A DNA stretch of 32,000 nucleotides. Origin: Sinorhizobium meliloti. Lineage in GTDB: Bacteria; Pseudomonadota; Alphaproteobacteria; Rhizobiales; Rhizobiaceae. The notes under the pieces are model-generated. The model saw only the letters and a list, made by a program, of their open reading frames with translations. It was not told where the DNA came from and made no database searches. Shown one piece after another: positions 1 through 8,933 of this stretch (position 1 is the first letter of the stretch; each line of letters opens with the position of its first letter). The position numbers were made by a program, and so were the translations under genes. The stretch spans positions 2,430,001-2,462,000 of the forward strand of contig NZ_JAGIOS010000001.1 in assembly GCF_017876815.1 (NCBI RefSeq), read 5' to 3'.

Positions 1-96
1 ATCGCGGGCGAAGCGGACGATGTCCTCCGCGGTGAATGTCAGGCTGCCGGTGACGACCTTGCGCCCGGCCTGGTAGAGCTCCTCCAGCGTCATCAT
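1..96 (-). CDS. MaoC-like (hot-dog fold) dehydratase, N-terminal fragment; gene runs off the window edge
   Basis: Reverse complement of 1..96 reads MMTLEELYQAGRKVVTGSLTFTAEDIVRFARD. The 'FT.T.EDI..FA' opening is typical of MaoC/R-hydratase proteins. Its ATG (96..94) overlaps the TGA (95..93) of the upstream MaoC gene as ATGA. Confidence 0.5.
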   Translation of the reverse strand, partial: MMTLEELYQAGRKVVTGSLTFTAEDIVRFARD

Positions 97-548
97 GCGC
101 GCGCCTCCCCATTGCGGCGCCTGAACATGACGGAGCATTCCGAAACCGCCACGGCTTCGCCGCTCTGGTTCTCGATCTCGTTGCGAAACTTGACGAGGCC
201 GATCGCGGGCTTGGTTTTCGACGGGCGCGCCTCCAGGACCAGGCTGAAGCCTGAAAGGATATCTCCGGCAAGGACCGGCTTCTTCCACTCCATGAAGTCG
301 ATGCCCGGTGACCCTTGCGAGGATGAATTGCCGAGAAAAGCCTCGATCATCATCCGCATGCCGACCGCGCTCGTGTGCCAACCGGAAGCGGCGAGGCCGC
401 CGAGAATGCTGCTCTTGCCGACCTCTTCGTCCAGATGCATAGGCTGCGGATCGAACTCACTGGCGAAGGCGATCATGTCGTTGGCCTGCATCAGGACCGG
501 GCTGTAGTCGAAACGCCGGCCCTGAGTGAAATCCTCGAAATACAGCAT
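93..548 (-). CDS. MaoC family dehydratase (hot-dog fold, R-specific enoyl-CoA hydratase-like)
   Basis: 151-aa ORF. 'FASEFDPQPMHLDEE...' matches the MaoC motif (F..SGD.NP.H-type). Strong SD (GAAGGAGAG) lies upstream of the ATG at 548. Confidence 0.85.
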   Translation of the reverse strand: MLYFEDFTQGRRFDYSPVLMQANDMIAFASEFDPQPMHLDEEVGKSSILGGLAASGWHTSAVGMRMMIEAFLGNSSSQGSPGIDFMEWKKPVLAGDILSGFSLVLEARPSKTKPAIGLVKFRNEIENQSGEAVAVSECSVMFRRRNGEARA

Positions 549-986
549 GCCTCATTCTCTCCTTCACGCCGCCGCGCGTCCTGACACCCTAACAAAGGCC
601 CGCCCTTACGTGGCTTCAGCCTGGCCGATTTTCCAGGTTGCGCATGTCGATTGTTCATTGGATCACCTCACTGAAAGTCGTGCGTGGCAACTTTTCCGGC
701 AAGGATCCGCCCATGACAGATTTGAACAAGGCCCTGGCGGCAGCCGCCGAAAAGGGACTCATATCAGCCGATCGTGTCAATGATCTTGATGCTTTTATTT
801 CGGCGCGGGAGTGATTGCCGGATCGGCAAAGGCCGTAGCAAGGCGGCCATGACGAGACACTTTGGGCATGCCGTCCGGCGTTCGCCGCCCATGCAGATTC
901 TGCAGCTGGATCACGATGATTTTAGGCCGGGCCGACCTGGAATCATGAACGTGATCGGTTCTGACAAGTTGAGACGCGGGACGCGG

Positions 987-1013
987 GAGGAAAACCGCAC
1001 ACAGGTTTTCCTC
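987..1013 (-). terminator. Perfect 10-bp hairpin just downstream of the ychF stop; possible terminator without a clear U-tract
   Basis: GAGGAAAACC-gcacaca-GGTTTTCCTC at 987..1013, 8 nt past the ychF stop codon (1021..1023). No T-run follows on the minus strand. Confidence 0.4.
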
Positions 1014-1020
1014 ATCCGCT

Positions 1021-2124
1021 CTACGTATTGAACCGGAAATGGATGACGTCGCCGTCCTGGACGACGTATTCCTTGCCTTCGTCGCGAGCCTTGCCGGCCT
1101 CCTTCGCGCCGTTTTCGCCGCCATAGCCGATATAGTCGTCATAGGCGATCGTGTTGGCGCGGATGAAGCCGCGTTCGAAATCCGAGTGGATGACGCCGGC
1201 GGCCTGCGGCGCCTTGGTGCCGCGCGGGATCGTCCAGGCGCGCGTCTCCTTCGGTCCAACCGTGAAATAGGTGATGAGATCGAGGAGCTTGTAGCCGGCG
1301 CGGATCAGCCGGTCGAGGCCGGCTTCCTCGAGACCGAGCGCCGCGAGGAATTCCTTCGCTTCCTCTTCCGGCAGCTGCGCCACTTCGGACTCGATCGCCG
1401 CCGAAATGACGACCGTTTCGGCGCCCTGCTCCCTGGCCATCTTCTCGACGGCGCGGGTGTGCTCGTTGCCGGTCGCGGCGTCGCTTTCGGCGACGTTGCA
1501 GACGTAGAGAACCGGGTGCGAGGTGAGCAGGTTGAGGCTCTGGAGAATGCGCAGCTCATCGGCGTCGAGCTTGGAAAGCAGGGTGCGCACGGGCTTGCCT
1601 TCCTGCAGCAGCTTCAACGATGCTTCCATGATGGGAAGCTGCGCCATCGACTCCTTGTCCTTGCCGGTCGCACGCTTGCGCGTCTGTTCGGCACGCCGTT
1701 CGAGGCTGTCGAGATCCGCGAGCATCAGCTCGGTCTCGATGGTGTCGGCGTCTTCGACCGGATGGATACGGCCTTCGACATGGGTGATGTCGTCGTCCTC
1801 GAAACAGCGCAACACGTGCACAACGGCATCCACCTCGCGGATGTTGGCGAGGAACTGGTTGCCGAGGCCCTCGCCCTTGGACGCGCCGCGCACCAGCCCG
1901 GCGATGTCTACGAAGGAGATGCGCGTCGGGATGATCTCCTTCGACTTGGCGATGTCGGCGAGCTTGCGCATGCGCGGATCGGGCACGGCGACTTCGCCGG
2001 TGTTGGGCTCGATCGTGCAGAACGGATAGTTCGCCGCCTGCGCCGCCGCCGTCTTTGTCAGCGCGTTGAAGAGTGTGGACTTGCCGACATTCGGCAGCCC
2101 GACGATACCGCATTTGAAGCCCAT
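1021..2124 (-). CDS. ychF: Ribosome-binding ATPase YchF (Obg-family GTPase/ATPase)
   Basis: 367 aa, [23 protein letters not shown]... P-loop, then the full-length YchF pattern including the C-terminal TGS-like '[13 protein letters not shown]'. Confidence 0.97.
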   Translation of the reverse strand: MGFKCGIVGLPNVGKSTLFNALTKTAAAQAANYPFCTIEPNTGEVAVPDPRMRKLADIAKSKEIIPTRISFVDIAGLVRGASKGEGLGNQFLANIREVDAVVHVLRCFEDDDITHVEGRIHPVEDADTIETELMLADLDSLERRAEQTRKRATGKDKESMAQLPIMEASLKLLQEGKPVRTLLSKLDADELRILQSLNLLTSHPVLYVCNVAESDAATGNEHTRAVEKMAREQGAETVVISAAIESEVAQLPEEEAKEFLAALGLEEAGLDRLIRAGYKLLDLITYFTVGPKETRAWTIPRGTKAPQAAGVIHSDFERGFIRANTIAYDDYIGYGGENGAKEAGKARDEGKEYVVQDGDVIHFRFNT

Positions 2125-2354
2125 GGCTGAAACCCGTCGTTCCTGATTGCTTGGCCGTGGCTATGGGATAAAGGAGAGGGACGGTCAAGCTTTTCGCGCA
2201 TTTCCGATTGCCTCCGGAGGCGAGTTTCACTTGAATGCGCGGGATCGGAGGGCGATATTGGCAATACTGGACGCGGAAAACGCAGCGCGGTTTGCCACCC
2301 CGCAGCCGGCGCGGCCGCCAACGCTTTTCTCATGTCATCGACGGCGGATTATCG

Positions 2355-2660
2355 ATGAGCGACAATGATGTAGCCGCAAAGCGCCTGACCAAGCCGAAGC
2401 TCGAGCGGCCGAAGCTCTACAAGGTCCTGCTCGTCAATGACGACTTCACGCCGCGGGAATTCGTGGTCATGGTGCTCAAGGCCGTTTTCCGCATGAGCGA
2501 GGAGGCGGGCTACCGCGTGATGATGACGGCCCACAAGATGGGCACTTCGGTCGTGGTGGTGTGCGCGAAGGATGTCGCGGAGACCAAGGCCAAGGAGGCA
2601 ACCGACCTCGGCAAGGAGGCGGGCTTTCCGCTGTTGTTCACGGCAGAGCCGGAGGAGTGA
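2355..2660 (+). CDS. clpS: ATP-dependent Clp protease adaptor ClpS
   Basis: Track ORF 2235..2660; I place the start at the internal ATG 2355 (MSDNDVAAKR...), giving 101 aa. 'LYKVLLVNDDFTPREFVVMVL' is the ClpS signature. Confidence 0.92.
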   Translation: MSDNDVAAKRLTKPKLERPKLYKVLLVNDDFTPREFVVMVLKAVFRMSEEAGYRVMMTAHKMGTSVVVVCAKDVAETKAKEATDLGKEAGFPLLFTAEPEE

Positions 2661-2679
2661 GGCAGCGGCCTGCGCGGTT

Positions 2680-2714
2680 GGAGCGGGTGCGGGCGGAAAA
2701 CCGCTCCCACTTTT
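2680..2714 (+). terminator. Candidate intrinsic terminator after clpS
   Basis: GGAGCGG-13 nt-CCGCTCC (2680..2707) followed by caCTTTTCC. It lies between the convergent clpS and pth genes. Confidence 0.45.
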
Positions 2715-2715
2715 C

Positions 2716-3435
2716 CTAATCCCCTTTCGGCCCGAACATCTTCTTCAGCATGTCGGCCATAGGGCCCGTCACCGGCAGCTTTTTCGGCTGGGCGGTGGCA
2801 CGCGCCTGATGGATATGGGATTGCGCCGCCTGCTTCTTCACAGCGACGGGCTTCTCCGTCTCGGGCTTGCCCCCGGTCGCCAGCGCGATCTTGTTCATGA
2901 GCTGCGAGTCCTCGCCCTTCACCAGCATCGCGGCATTGTCGGCGATGGCCTCGAGCAGGAGCGAAAGCCAGGCCTGGTCGGCCTTGGCGAAATCGCCGAG
3001 CACATGCGCGTGGACCAGATCCTTGACCCCCGGATGGCCGATACCGAGCCGCAAACGGCGGTATTCCTTGCCGCAATGGGCGTCGATGGACTTGATGCCG
3101 TTGTGCCCGCCGTGGCCGCCGCCGGTCTTGATCCGGGCCTTGCCGGCGGGAAGGTCCAGTTCGTCATAGATGACGACGATGTCCTTTGGCGCGAGCTTGT
3201 AGAAGCGCATCGCGTCGCCGAGGGCTTCGCCGGAGAGGTTCATGAAGGTCTGCGGCTTCATCAGCAGGACGCGTTCGCCGTCGATCTCGCCTTCGGAGAC
3301 CTCCGACTTGAATTTCCTCGACCAGGCGGAAAAGCCCTGGCGCCGCTGAATGGCGTCGACGGCCATGAAGCCGATATTGTGGCGGTTGCCGGCATATTTC
3401 GGGCCGGGATTGCCAAGTCCCGCGATGATCAGCAT
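2716..3435 (-). CDS. pth: Peptidyl-tRNA hydrolase
   Basis: Track ORF 2716..3495; start moved to ATG 3435 ([23 protein letters not shown]..., canonical Pth N-terminus) with GGAG upstream. 239 aa with the long basic C-terminal tail common in Rhizobiales. Confidence 0.95.
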   Translation of the reverse strand: MLIIAGLGNPGPKYAGNRHNIGFMAVDAIQRRQGFSAWSRKFKSEVSEGEIDGERVLLMKPQTFMNLSGEALGDAMRFYKLAPKDIVVIYDELDLPAGKARIKTGGGHGGHNGIKSIDAHCGKEYRRLRLGIGHPGVKDLVHAHVLGDFAKADQAWLSLLLEAIADNAAMLVKGEDSQLMNKIALATGGKPETEKPVAVKKQAAQSHIHQARATAQPKKLPVTGPMADMLKKMFGPKGD

Positions 3436-3499
3436 GCGGCTAAACTCCTGATGCTCCGCCTCTGGGCAGTGGCGATGCAGAGCGGTTGCGGGCACGCCT

Positions 3500-3612
3500 G
3501 CCCCTCATCCCGCTGCCGCGACCTTCTCCCCGTTCTGACGGGGAGAAGGGGTATGCCGCGCCCTCTCAGGTCCCCTCTCCCCGCAGGCGGGGAGAGGGTT
3601 AGGGTGAGGGGC
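3500..3612. repeat. REP/RIME-like composite palindromic intergenic element
   Basis: Outer inverted repeat GCCCCTCA (3500..3507) / TGAGGGGC (3605..3612) encloses two internal hairpins. These are CCTTCTCCCCGT-tctg-ACGGGGAGAAGG (3522..3549, 12 bp) and CCTCTCCCCGC/GCGGGGAGAGG (about 3574..3597). Translations give the 'LLPVLTGRRG...SPLPAGGERVRVRGE' pseudo-peptides typical of this rhizobial repeat class. Confidence 0.65.
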
Positions 3613-3796
3613 GAACCTTGCCCCGTCAAGTCATGCAGCCACCCCAAATCACCGACATCGAGGCGAGTCAATGCCAATCTCGCCGCCAGCTGAGGGTGCA
3701 CCGTTTCAAAAGAAAACCCGCCCCACGAAAATGGGACGGGATTCTTTCACTCGGGGCGCGGCACGGCCCGGATCGGGCGACCGCTTGAAGCAGAGA

Positions 3797-4411
3797 TCAA
3801 GCCTCTTCTTCGCCGCCCTCGGCTTCTTCAGTCGGTTCGGCTTCCTGCGTGCGGCCGGTGATCGTGGCGACCGTGAAGTCGCGATCGGCGATGACCGGGG
3901 TCGCGCCTGCGGGGAGCTTGACGTTCGAAATGTGGACGGTGTCGCCGATCTTAAGGCCGGTGAGGTCGACCGTCAGGGATTCCGGAATGTTGTCCGCGGA
4001 AACGTTCAGCTCGACTTCGTGACGAACGATATTCAGTGCGCCGCCCTGCTTGAGGCCCGGGGACTTCTCTTCGTTTTCGAAGTGAACAGGAACCTGAACG
4101 GAGACCTGGCTGCCCTTCGAAACGCGAAGGAAATCGACGTGCATGGTGAAGTCGCGGACCGGATCGAGCTGATAGTCCTTCGGCAGGACGCGGATCTTCT
4201 CGCCGTTGACGTCGATCGTCGCAACGGTGGTCATGAAACCGCCGGCATGGATCTTCATCGTCACGTCCTTGGTGGACAGCGCGATGGAAAGCGGGGGCTG
4301 CTTGTCACCATAGATGACAGCCGGAATAAGACCGTTGCGGCGAAGTTCACGGGAGGACCCCTTACCAACCCGATCGCGCGTCTCGGCCTTGAGCTCGTAA
4401 GTTTCGCTCAT
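3797..4411 (-). CDS. rplY: 50S ribosomal protein L25 / general stress protein Ctc
   Basis: 204 aa, [35 protein letters not shown]... with an acidic C-terminal tail. Sits in the conserved pth-rplY neighbourhood. Confidence 0.95.
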   Translation of the reverse strand: MSETYELKAETRDRVGKGSSRELRRNGLIPAVIYGDKQPPLSIALSTKDVTMKIHAGGFMTTVATIDVNGEKIRVLPKDYQLDPVRDFTMHVDFLRVSKGSQVSVQVPVHFENEEKSPGLKQGGALNIVRHEVELNVSADNIPESLTVDLTGLKIGDTVHISNVKLPAGATPVIADRDFTVATITGRTQEAEPTEEAEGGEEEA

Positions 4412-4458
4412 AGGTAGACCTTTCTGTGTTATTTGGAGAGTTCGTCCGTCAAAGGCGG

Positions 4459-4486
4459 AAAAACCTGAAGCCGCCGGGCGGCTTCA
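4459..4486 (-). terminator. Rho-independent terminator downstream of the benE-like gene
   Basis: Minus strand reads TGAAGCCGCC-c-GGCGGCTTCA followed by ggTTTTTCC (the A-run at 4459..4463 on the plus strand). Confidence 0.6.
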
Positions 4487-4578
4487 TCCGCGTTGCCTCC
4501 AAGGGTGTCTGCGCGGACGCGGGGTCCATAGCCGAGAACGGGCTTAAATGCAAGGCGCGGCGTTAGGCCGAGCACACA

Positions 4579-5760
4579 TCACCCCTTACCCTTGGCGAAG
4601 CGCGCCAGAGCCAGCATCAGGCCGCCCGCGACAAGGCCCCAAAAGGCCCCGGACACGCCGGCGAAGCCCACGCCCGAGGCAGTGACGAGAAAAGTGATGG
4701 CGGCTGCTTCGCGCGTCTCGGCATTCGTGAAGGCGGCAACTGCGGAGCTCGAGAAGGCGCCGATCAGCGCGAGGCCGGCAACCGCCTCGATCAGCACCGA
4801 TGGCGCGAGGCTGACGAAGGTCGTGACGGCTCCGGCCAGGAGGCCGAAGACGACGTAGGCGATGCCGGCATTGATCGACGACCAGTAGCGGCGGGCGCGG
4901 TCGGGATGGGAATCGGAGCCGGCGCACATCGCCGCGGTGATCGCCGCAAGATTGACCGCATGTCCGCCGAAAGGTGCGCTCAGCAGCGTGAAGAGCCCGG
5001 TCGTGGCGAAGAGGGGACCCGGATCGGGGTGGTAGTCATTCACCTTCAGGACCGCGATGCCGGGAATGTTCTGCGAGGCCATCGTGACGATGAAAAGCGG
5101 AAGAGCGATGCTGATCAGGGCGGAGGCGCTGAAGGAAGGCGAAACGAACTCGGCCTGCGGTACGAGCGCGGCGGAGAGCCCGGCCAAGGCGCCCTCCGGC
5201 ATGTCTATCCCAAGCGCGACGACAAGAACGAAGGCGATGAGCGCGGCCGGAACGGCATAGAGCCTGCTGACGCTGCCGACGACCGCCCAGGCAAGAACGA
5301 TCGGCAGGCCGAAGAGGGGATTGAAGGCGATCGCCTTCACCGGCGCGAAGCAGAGACTGAGGAGCACGCCCGCAAGCATCGCATTCGCCAGCGCCGGCGG
5401 AATGGCGGACACGATCCTGCCGAGCGGCTTCCACAGGCCGGCGATGATGATCAGCAATCCGCAGACGAGAAAGGCGCCCACGGCGGCGTTGAATCCGCCC
5501 TCCACCACGCCGGAACTCGCGAGCAGGGCCGCGCCCGGCGTCGACCAGGCGATGCTGACGGGAAGCCGCGTGACGGTGCTGACGAGGATGGCGCAGACAC
5601 CCATCGAGATCGACAAGGCCATCAGGCCGGAGGCCGCCTGCGCCTCGTTCGCGCCGACGCCGGTAAGGCCGTGCAGAACGACCGCAAAGGAGCTGGCAAA
5701 GCCCACGAATGCAATCAGCACGCCCATGAACAGGCTTTGGACGGAGAAATCACGAAGCAT
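4579..5760 (-). CDS. benE: Benzoate/H+ symporter BenE-family membrane transporter
   Basis: Polytopic hydrophobic protein with BenE-type repeats. Start preferred at ATG 5760 (MLRDFSVQSLFMGVLIAFVGFASSF...), which resembles BenE N-termini; the track start 5811 adds 17 non-hydrophobic residues. Confidence 0.8.
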   Translation of the reverse strand: MLRDFSVQSLFMGVLIAFVGFASSFAVVLHGLTGVGANEAQAASGLMALSISMGVCAILVSTVTRLPVSIAWSTPGAALLASSGVVEGGFNAAVGAFLVCGLLIIIAGLWKPLGRIVSAIPPALANAMLAGVLLSLCFAPVKAIAFNPLFGLPIVLAWAVVGSVSRLYAVPAALIAFVLVVALGIDMPEGALAGLSAALVPQAEFVSPSFSASALISIALPLFIVTMASQNIPGIAVLKVNDYHPDPGPLFATTGLFTLLSAPFGGHAVNLAAITAAMCAGSDSHPDRARRYWSSINAGIAYVVFGLLAGAVTTFVSLAPSVLIEAVAGLALIGAFSSSAVAAFTNAETREAAAITFLVTASGVGFAGVSGAFWGLVAGGLMLALARFAKGKG

Positions 5761-6084
5761 GGCTGACAACCGGATGTTGCGACGAGTCGGGAATATCGTT
5801 TCGAGTAGCACATCATCCGGCCTGTCGATACCGCCTGTCGGTACAGCCCTGCCGAGTGCCCTTGGTGCGGGGAGAAAGACTTTAGTCAGGGTGGACCTGC
5901 CGCTGGATCGATGTCTATAGTTAGAAAGGGGGAATATGCCGTTGCAGAGTTCGGCGCCCGTTTGCGCCGCAGAACGCTGTCCAAGCGGAGGAGGAAGCGT
6001 GGATTCTTTCCGCGCGCTTCGCTTGTGAGCGTCGATCAGCCACGGGTCGGTTGGCCCGGTCGCCGCGATCCAGGGAGGGAGCGA

Positions 6085-7041
6085 ATGCCTTCAATCAGGG
6101 ACCACTCCGAGCGGGTCTACCGCATCGCACATCAGTCTTCCGCTGCGGTGACTTCGCCGGTCGCTGCATCGTGGCGCCGTTGCATGACGCTGCACGGCCT
6201 GGCGCCGGAGGATGCGCGTTCGCCCTGGCGTCTTTCGGAGATCGAGTTCCGGCAGGCGCGCGAAAGCTCCGGCGCCCTCATCGCAGAGGCGGCCGGCGAG
6301 CTCGACCGGCTGTTCGCCACTGTCGGCAAGGCCGGGTGCTGCCTGCTGCTTACCGACGGAAAGGGCGTTGCACTGGAACGACGCGGGGCCGGCGGCGACG
6401 ATGCGGACTTTCGCGGGATCGGGTTGTGGTCGGGAACCGTGTGGAGCGAGGCGAGCGTCGGGACCAATGGCATCGGTACGGCGATCGCGGACGAGCGTCC
6501 GGTCCTCATCCAGCGCGACCAGCACTTCCTCAGCCGCAATATCGGCCTGAGCTGCGCCACGGCGCCGATCCGTGACGAGAGCGGCAAGCTCGCCGCGGCG
6601 ATAGACATCTCCACCTGCCGTGACGACGCATCCGAGGCGACGCTTTCGATCCTCTCGCAGGCGGTGCGCGATGCCGCAGCGCGAATCGAGGCCAATCTTT
6701 TCCGCCGCGCTTTCGTCGGCGCCCGCATCGTTCTCGTACCCGTCGACCGGGCGGGACCTGCACTGCTTGCGGTCGACCGTGACGATCTCGTTCTCGGCGC
6801 GACGCGGGCTGCCCGGCTGTGGCTCGGGCTCGACGACGAGCGTATCGCCGCCGGCGTCCCGGCTTCCGACCTGCTTCAGGAAGACCTCCCGGGCGAGGGC
6901 GGCGAATTGCCGGACGCGGAACGTGCGGCGCTGCGCCGCGCGCTCTCCCGGGCGAAGGGCAACGTATCCATGGCGGCCGATCTCCTCGGCATCAGCCGCG
7001 CGACCCTCTACCGCAAGATGAAGCGATTGGCCCTGAACTGA
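6085..7041 (+). CDS. AcoR-like transcriptional regulator: N-terminal GAF-type sensory domain + C-terminal Fis-type HTH, no sigma-54 AAA+ module
   Basis: Track ORF 5911..7041; start moved to ATG 6085 (MPSIRDH...) preceded by GGGAGGGA. The N-terminus 'ASWRRCMTLHGL' and 'WSEASVGTNGIGTA...SCATAPI' resemble the AcoR sensory region. The C-terminus 'GNVSMAADLLGISRATLYRKMKRL' is a Fis/NtrC-type HTH. No Walker A or GAFTGA motif is visible in the 318 aa. Confidence 0.8.
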   Translation: MPSIRDHSERVYRIAHQSSAAVTSPVAASWRRCMTLHGLAPEDARSPWRLSEIEFRQARESSGALIAEAAGELDRLFATVGKAGCCLLLTDGKGVALERRGAGGDDADFRGIGLWSGTVWSEASVGTNGIGTAIADERPVLIQRDQHFLSRNIGLSCATAPIRDESGKLAAAIDISTCRDDASEATLSILSQAVRDAAARIEANLFRRAFVGARIVLVPVDRAGPALLAVDRDDLVLGATRAARLWLGLDDERIAAGVPASDLLQEDLPGEGGELPDAERAALRRALSRAKGNVSMAADLLGISRATLYRKMKRLALN

Positions 7042-7053
7042 CAGCATCGCGAT

Positions 7054-7130
7054 GGGCGAGGGGACTTCGCGGGGTGCGGCTTGTCCCTTCGCCCCGCTTG
7101 CGGGAAGAAGGTGCCGGCAGGCGGATGAAC
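7054..7130. repeat. Degenerate REP/RIME-like palindromic element
   Basis: GGGCGAGGGGA (7054..7064) / TCCCTTCGCCC (7083..7093) hairpin with one G-T position, followed by ...CCCGCTTGCGGGAAGAAGGTGCCGGCAGGCGGATGAA. This translates to the repeat-typical 'PLAGRRCRQADE' pseudo-peptide. Confidence 0.45.
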
Positions 7131-7304
7131 GGCAGGTCCCAGCGGACGATGCTGCGGCGCAGCAGCGCAGCAGGCGCCCACCTGTCGCAATTCTGAAACA
7201 GTCGGTGCCATCAACCGCGGCGCCGCCCTACCGGAAATGCGCATTCGGCCTCACTCTTCCTTCCACAGCAACCGCACCGCTGTCTATTCCAAGGGAGGAA
7301 GTCC

Positions 7305-8813
7305 ATGCTGCATCAGAAGATCGTCGAGAACCCCTACAAGCAGAAATACGGGAACTTCATCGGCGGCGAATGGCGCGAACCCGTTGCAGGCCGCTATTTC
7401 GACAACACGACGCCGATCACCGGCGGCACGCTTTGCGAGGTCGCGCGTTCGGACGCCGCCGACATCGAGATCGCCCTCGACGCGGCGCACGCCGCAAGGG
7501 AGAAATGGGGCCGGACCTCGACGACGGAGCGGTCGAACATTCTGATGAAGATCGCCGCCCGCATGGAGGACAATCTGGAGCTTCTGGCACGGGCGGAAAC
7601 CTGGGACAACGGCAAGCCGATCCGCGAGACGATGGCCGCCGACATTCCGCTGGCGATCGATCATTTCCGCTATTTCGCGGCCTGCATCCGTGCACAGGAA
7701 GGCTCGATCGGCGAGATCGACCACGACACCGTCGCCTACCATTTCCACGAGCCGCTCGGCGTCGTCGGCCAGATCATTCCCTGGAACTTCCCGATCCTGA
7801 TGGCCGCCTGGAAGCTTGCGCCGGCGCTTGCCGCCGGAAACTGCGTCGTGCTGAAGCCGGCCGAGCAGACGCCGGGCTCGATCCTCGTCTGGGCGGAACT
7901 CATCGGTGACCTCCTGCCGCCGGGTGTCCTCAACATCGTCAACGGCTTCGGCCTCGAAGCGGGCAAGCCGCTCGCCACCAGCCCGCGCATCGCCAAGATC
8001 GCTTTTACCGGCGAGACGACGACCGGGCGGCTGATCATGCAATATGCCAGCCAGAACCTCATCCCGGTCACGCTGGAGCTCGGCGGAAAGTCGCCGAACA
8101 TCTTCTTCGCGGACGTCGCCAGCGAGGACGACGACTTCTTCGACAAGGCGCTGGAAGGCTTCGCCATGTTCGCGCTGAACCAGGGCGAGGTCTGCACCTG
8201 CCCGAGCCGGGCACTGGTACAGGAGAGCATCTACGACCGCTTCATGGAGCGGGCGGTAAAGAGGGTCGAGGCGATCCGGCAGGGCAATCCGCTCGATGAA
8301 GCAACCATGATCGGCGCCCAGGCTTCGAGCGAACAGCTCGAGAAAATCCTCGCCTATATCGAAATCGGCAAGGAGGAAGGTGCCGAGGTGCTGACCGGCG
8401 GCGGGCGCAACGTGCTCGAAGGCGATCTTTCCGGCGGCTACTACGTCAAGCCGACCGTATTCCACGGCCACAACAGGATGCGCATCTTTCAGGAGGAGAT
8501 TTTCGGGCCGGTCGTGTCGGTCACGACCTTCAAGACGGAAGCCGAGGCGCTGGAAATCGCCAACGACACGCTCTACGGGCTTGGCGCCGGCGTGTGGAGC
8601 CGCGATGCCAACCGCTGCTACCGCTTCGGCCGCGCGATCGAAGCCGGCCGGGTCTGGACCAATTGCTACCACGCCTATCCGGCGCACGCCGCCTTCGGCG
8701 GTTACAAGCAGTCCGGCATCGGGCGCGAGACGCACAAGATGATGCTGGATCACTATCAGCAGACGAAGAACATGCTGGTCAGCTACAGCCCGAAGGCTCT
8801 CGGCTTCTTCTGA
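7305..8813 (+). CDS. NAD(P)+-dependent aldehyde dehydrogenase (acetaldehyde dehydrogenase AcoD/ExaC-like)
   Basis: 502 aa with strong SD AAGGGAGGAA. Shows ALDH hallmarks '[11 protein letters not shown]' and '[11 protein letters not shown]' (catalytic Glu and Cys motifs) and the 'YKQSGIGRE' C-terminus. Confidence 0.96.
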   Translation: MLHQKIVENPYKQKYGNFIGGEWREPVAGRYFDNTTPITGGTLCEVARSDAADIEIALDAAHAAREKWGRTSTTERSNILMKIAARMEDNLELLARAETWDNGKPIRETMAADIPLAIDHFRYFAACIRAQEGSIGEIDHDTVAYHFHEPLGVVGQIIPWNFPILMAAWKLAPALAAGNCVVLKPAEQTPGSILVWAELIGDLLPPGVLNIVNGFGLEAGKPLATSPRIAKIAFTGETTTGRLIMQYASQNLIPVTLELGGKSPNIFFADVASEDDDFFDKALEGFAMFALNQGEVCTCPSRALVQESIYDRFMERAVKRVEAIRQGNPLDEATMIGAQASSEQLEKILAYIEIGKEEGAEVLTGGGRNVLEGDLSGGYYVKPTVFHGHNRMRIFQEEIFGPVVSVTTFKTEAEALEIANDTLYGLGAGVWSRDANRCYRFGRAIEAGRVWTNCYHAYPAHAAFGGYKQSGIGRETHKMMLDHYQQTKNMLVSYSPKALGFF

Positions 8814-8933
8814 TCCGGCCGCTGTATCTTCCCTGTATGCGGGCGGGGCCGTGCAATCGTCCTCGTCCCGCGCCAGCCTGATCCCTCCCGGCGGGCTCCC
8901 GATGCTTCATCGGGGGCCTTCCGGCTTCTGCGA

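Noticed and set aside
774-1259. ORFs 774..1031(+) and 795..1259(-) in or near the ychF downstream spacer.
   Set aside because: The translations are extremely Arg-rich, there are no ribosome-binding sites, and the minus-strand ORF overlaps the ychF 3' end out of frame.
1039-2130. 363-aa plus-strand ORF antisense to ychF. Similar long antisense ORFs are 7284..8753(-), 12631..13875(+), 19666..20652(+), 27235..28629(+), 29621..30745(-), 4906..5766(+), 6091..7047(-) and 13724..14443(+).
   Set aside because: They are mirror-image shadow ORFs of clearly recognisable genes in high-GC DNA. Their translations are Arg/Ala/Gly/Asp-rich with no family resemblance, and they have no SD.
5811-6084. Upstream extensions of the track ORFs for benE (to 5811) and the GAF/HTH regulator (from 5911).
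   Set aside because: The extensions are basic, low-complexity sequence lacking SDs. The internal ATGs at 5760 and 6085 give family-typical N-termini, and the latter has a strong GGGAGGGA.
3500-7130. Whether the GC-rich palindromic repeats could be a CRISPR array or a MITE with a transposase.
   Set aside because: There are only two dissimilar copies 3.5 kb apart, with no regular repeat-spacer periodicity, no cas genes, no transposase and no target-site duplications that I can see.
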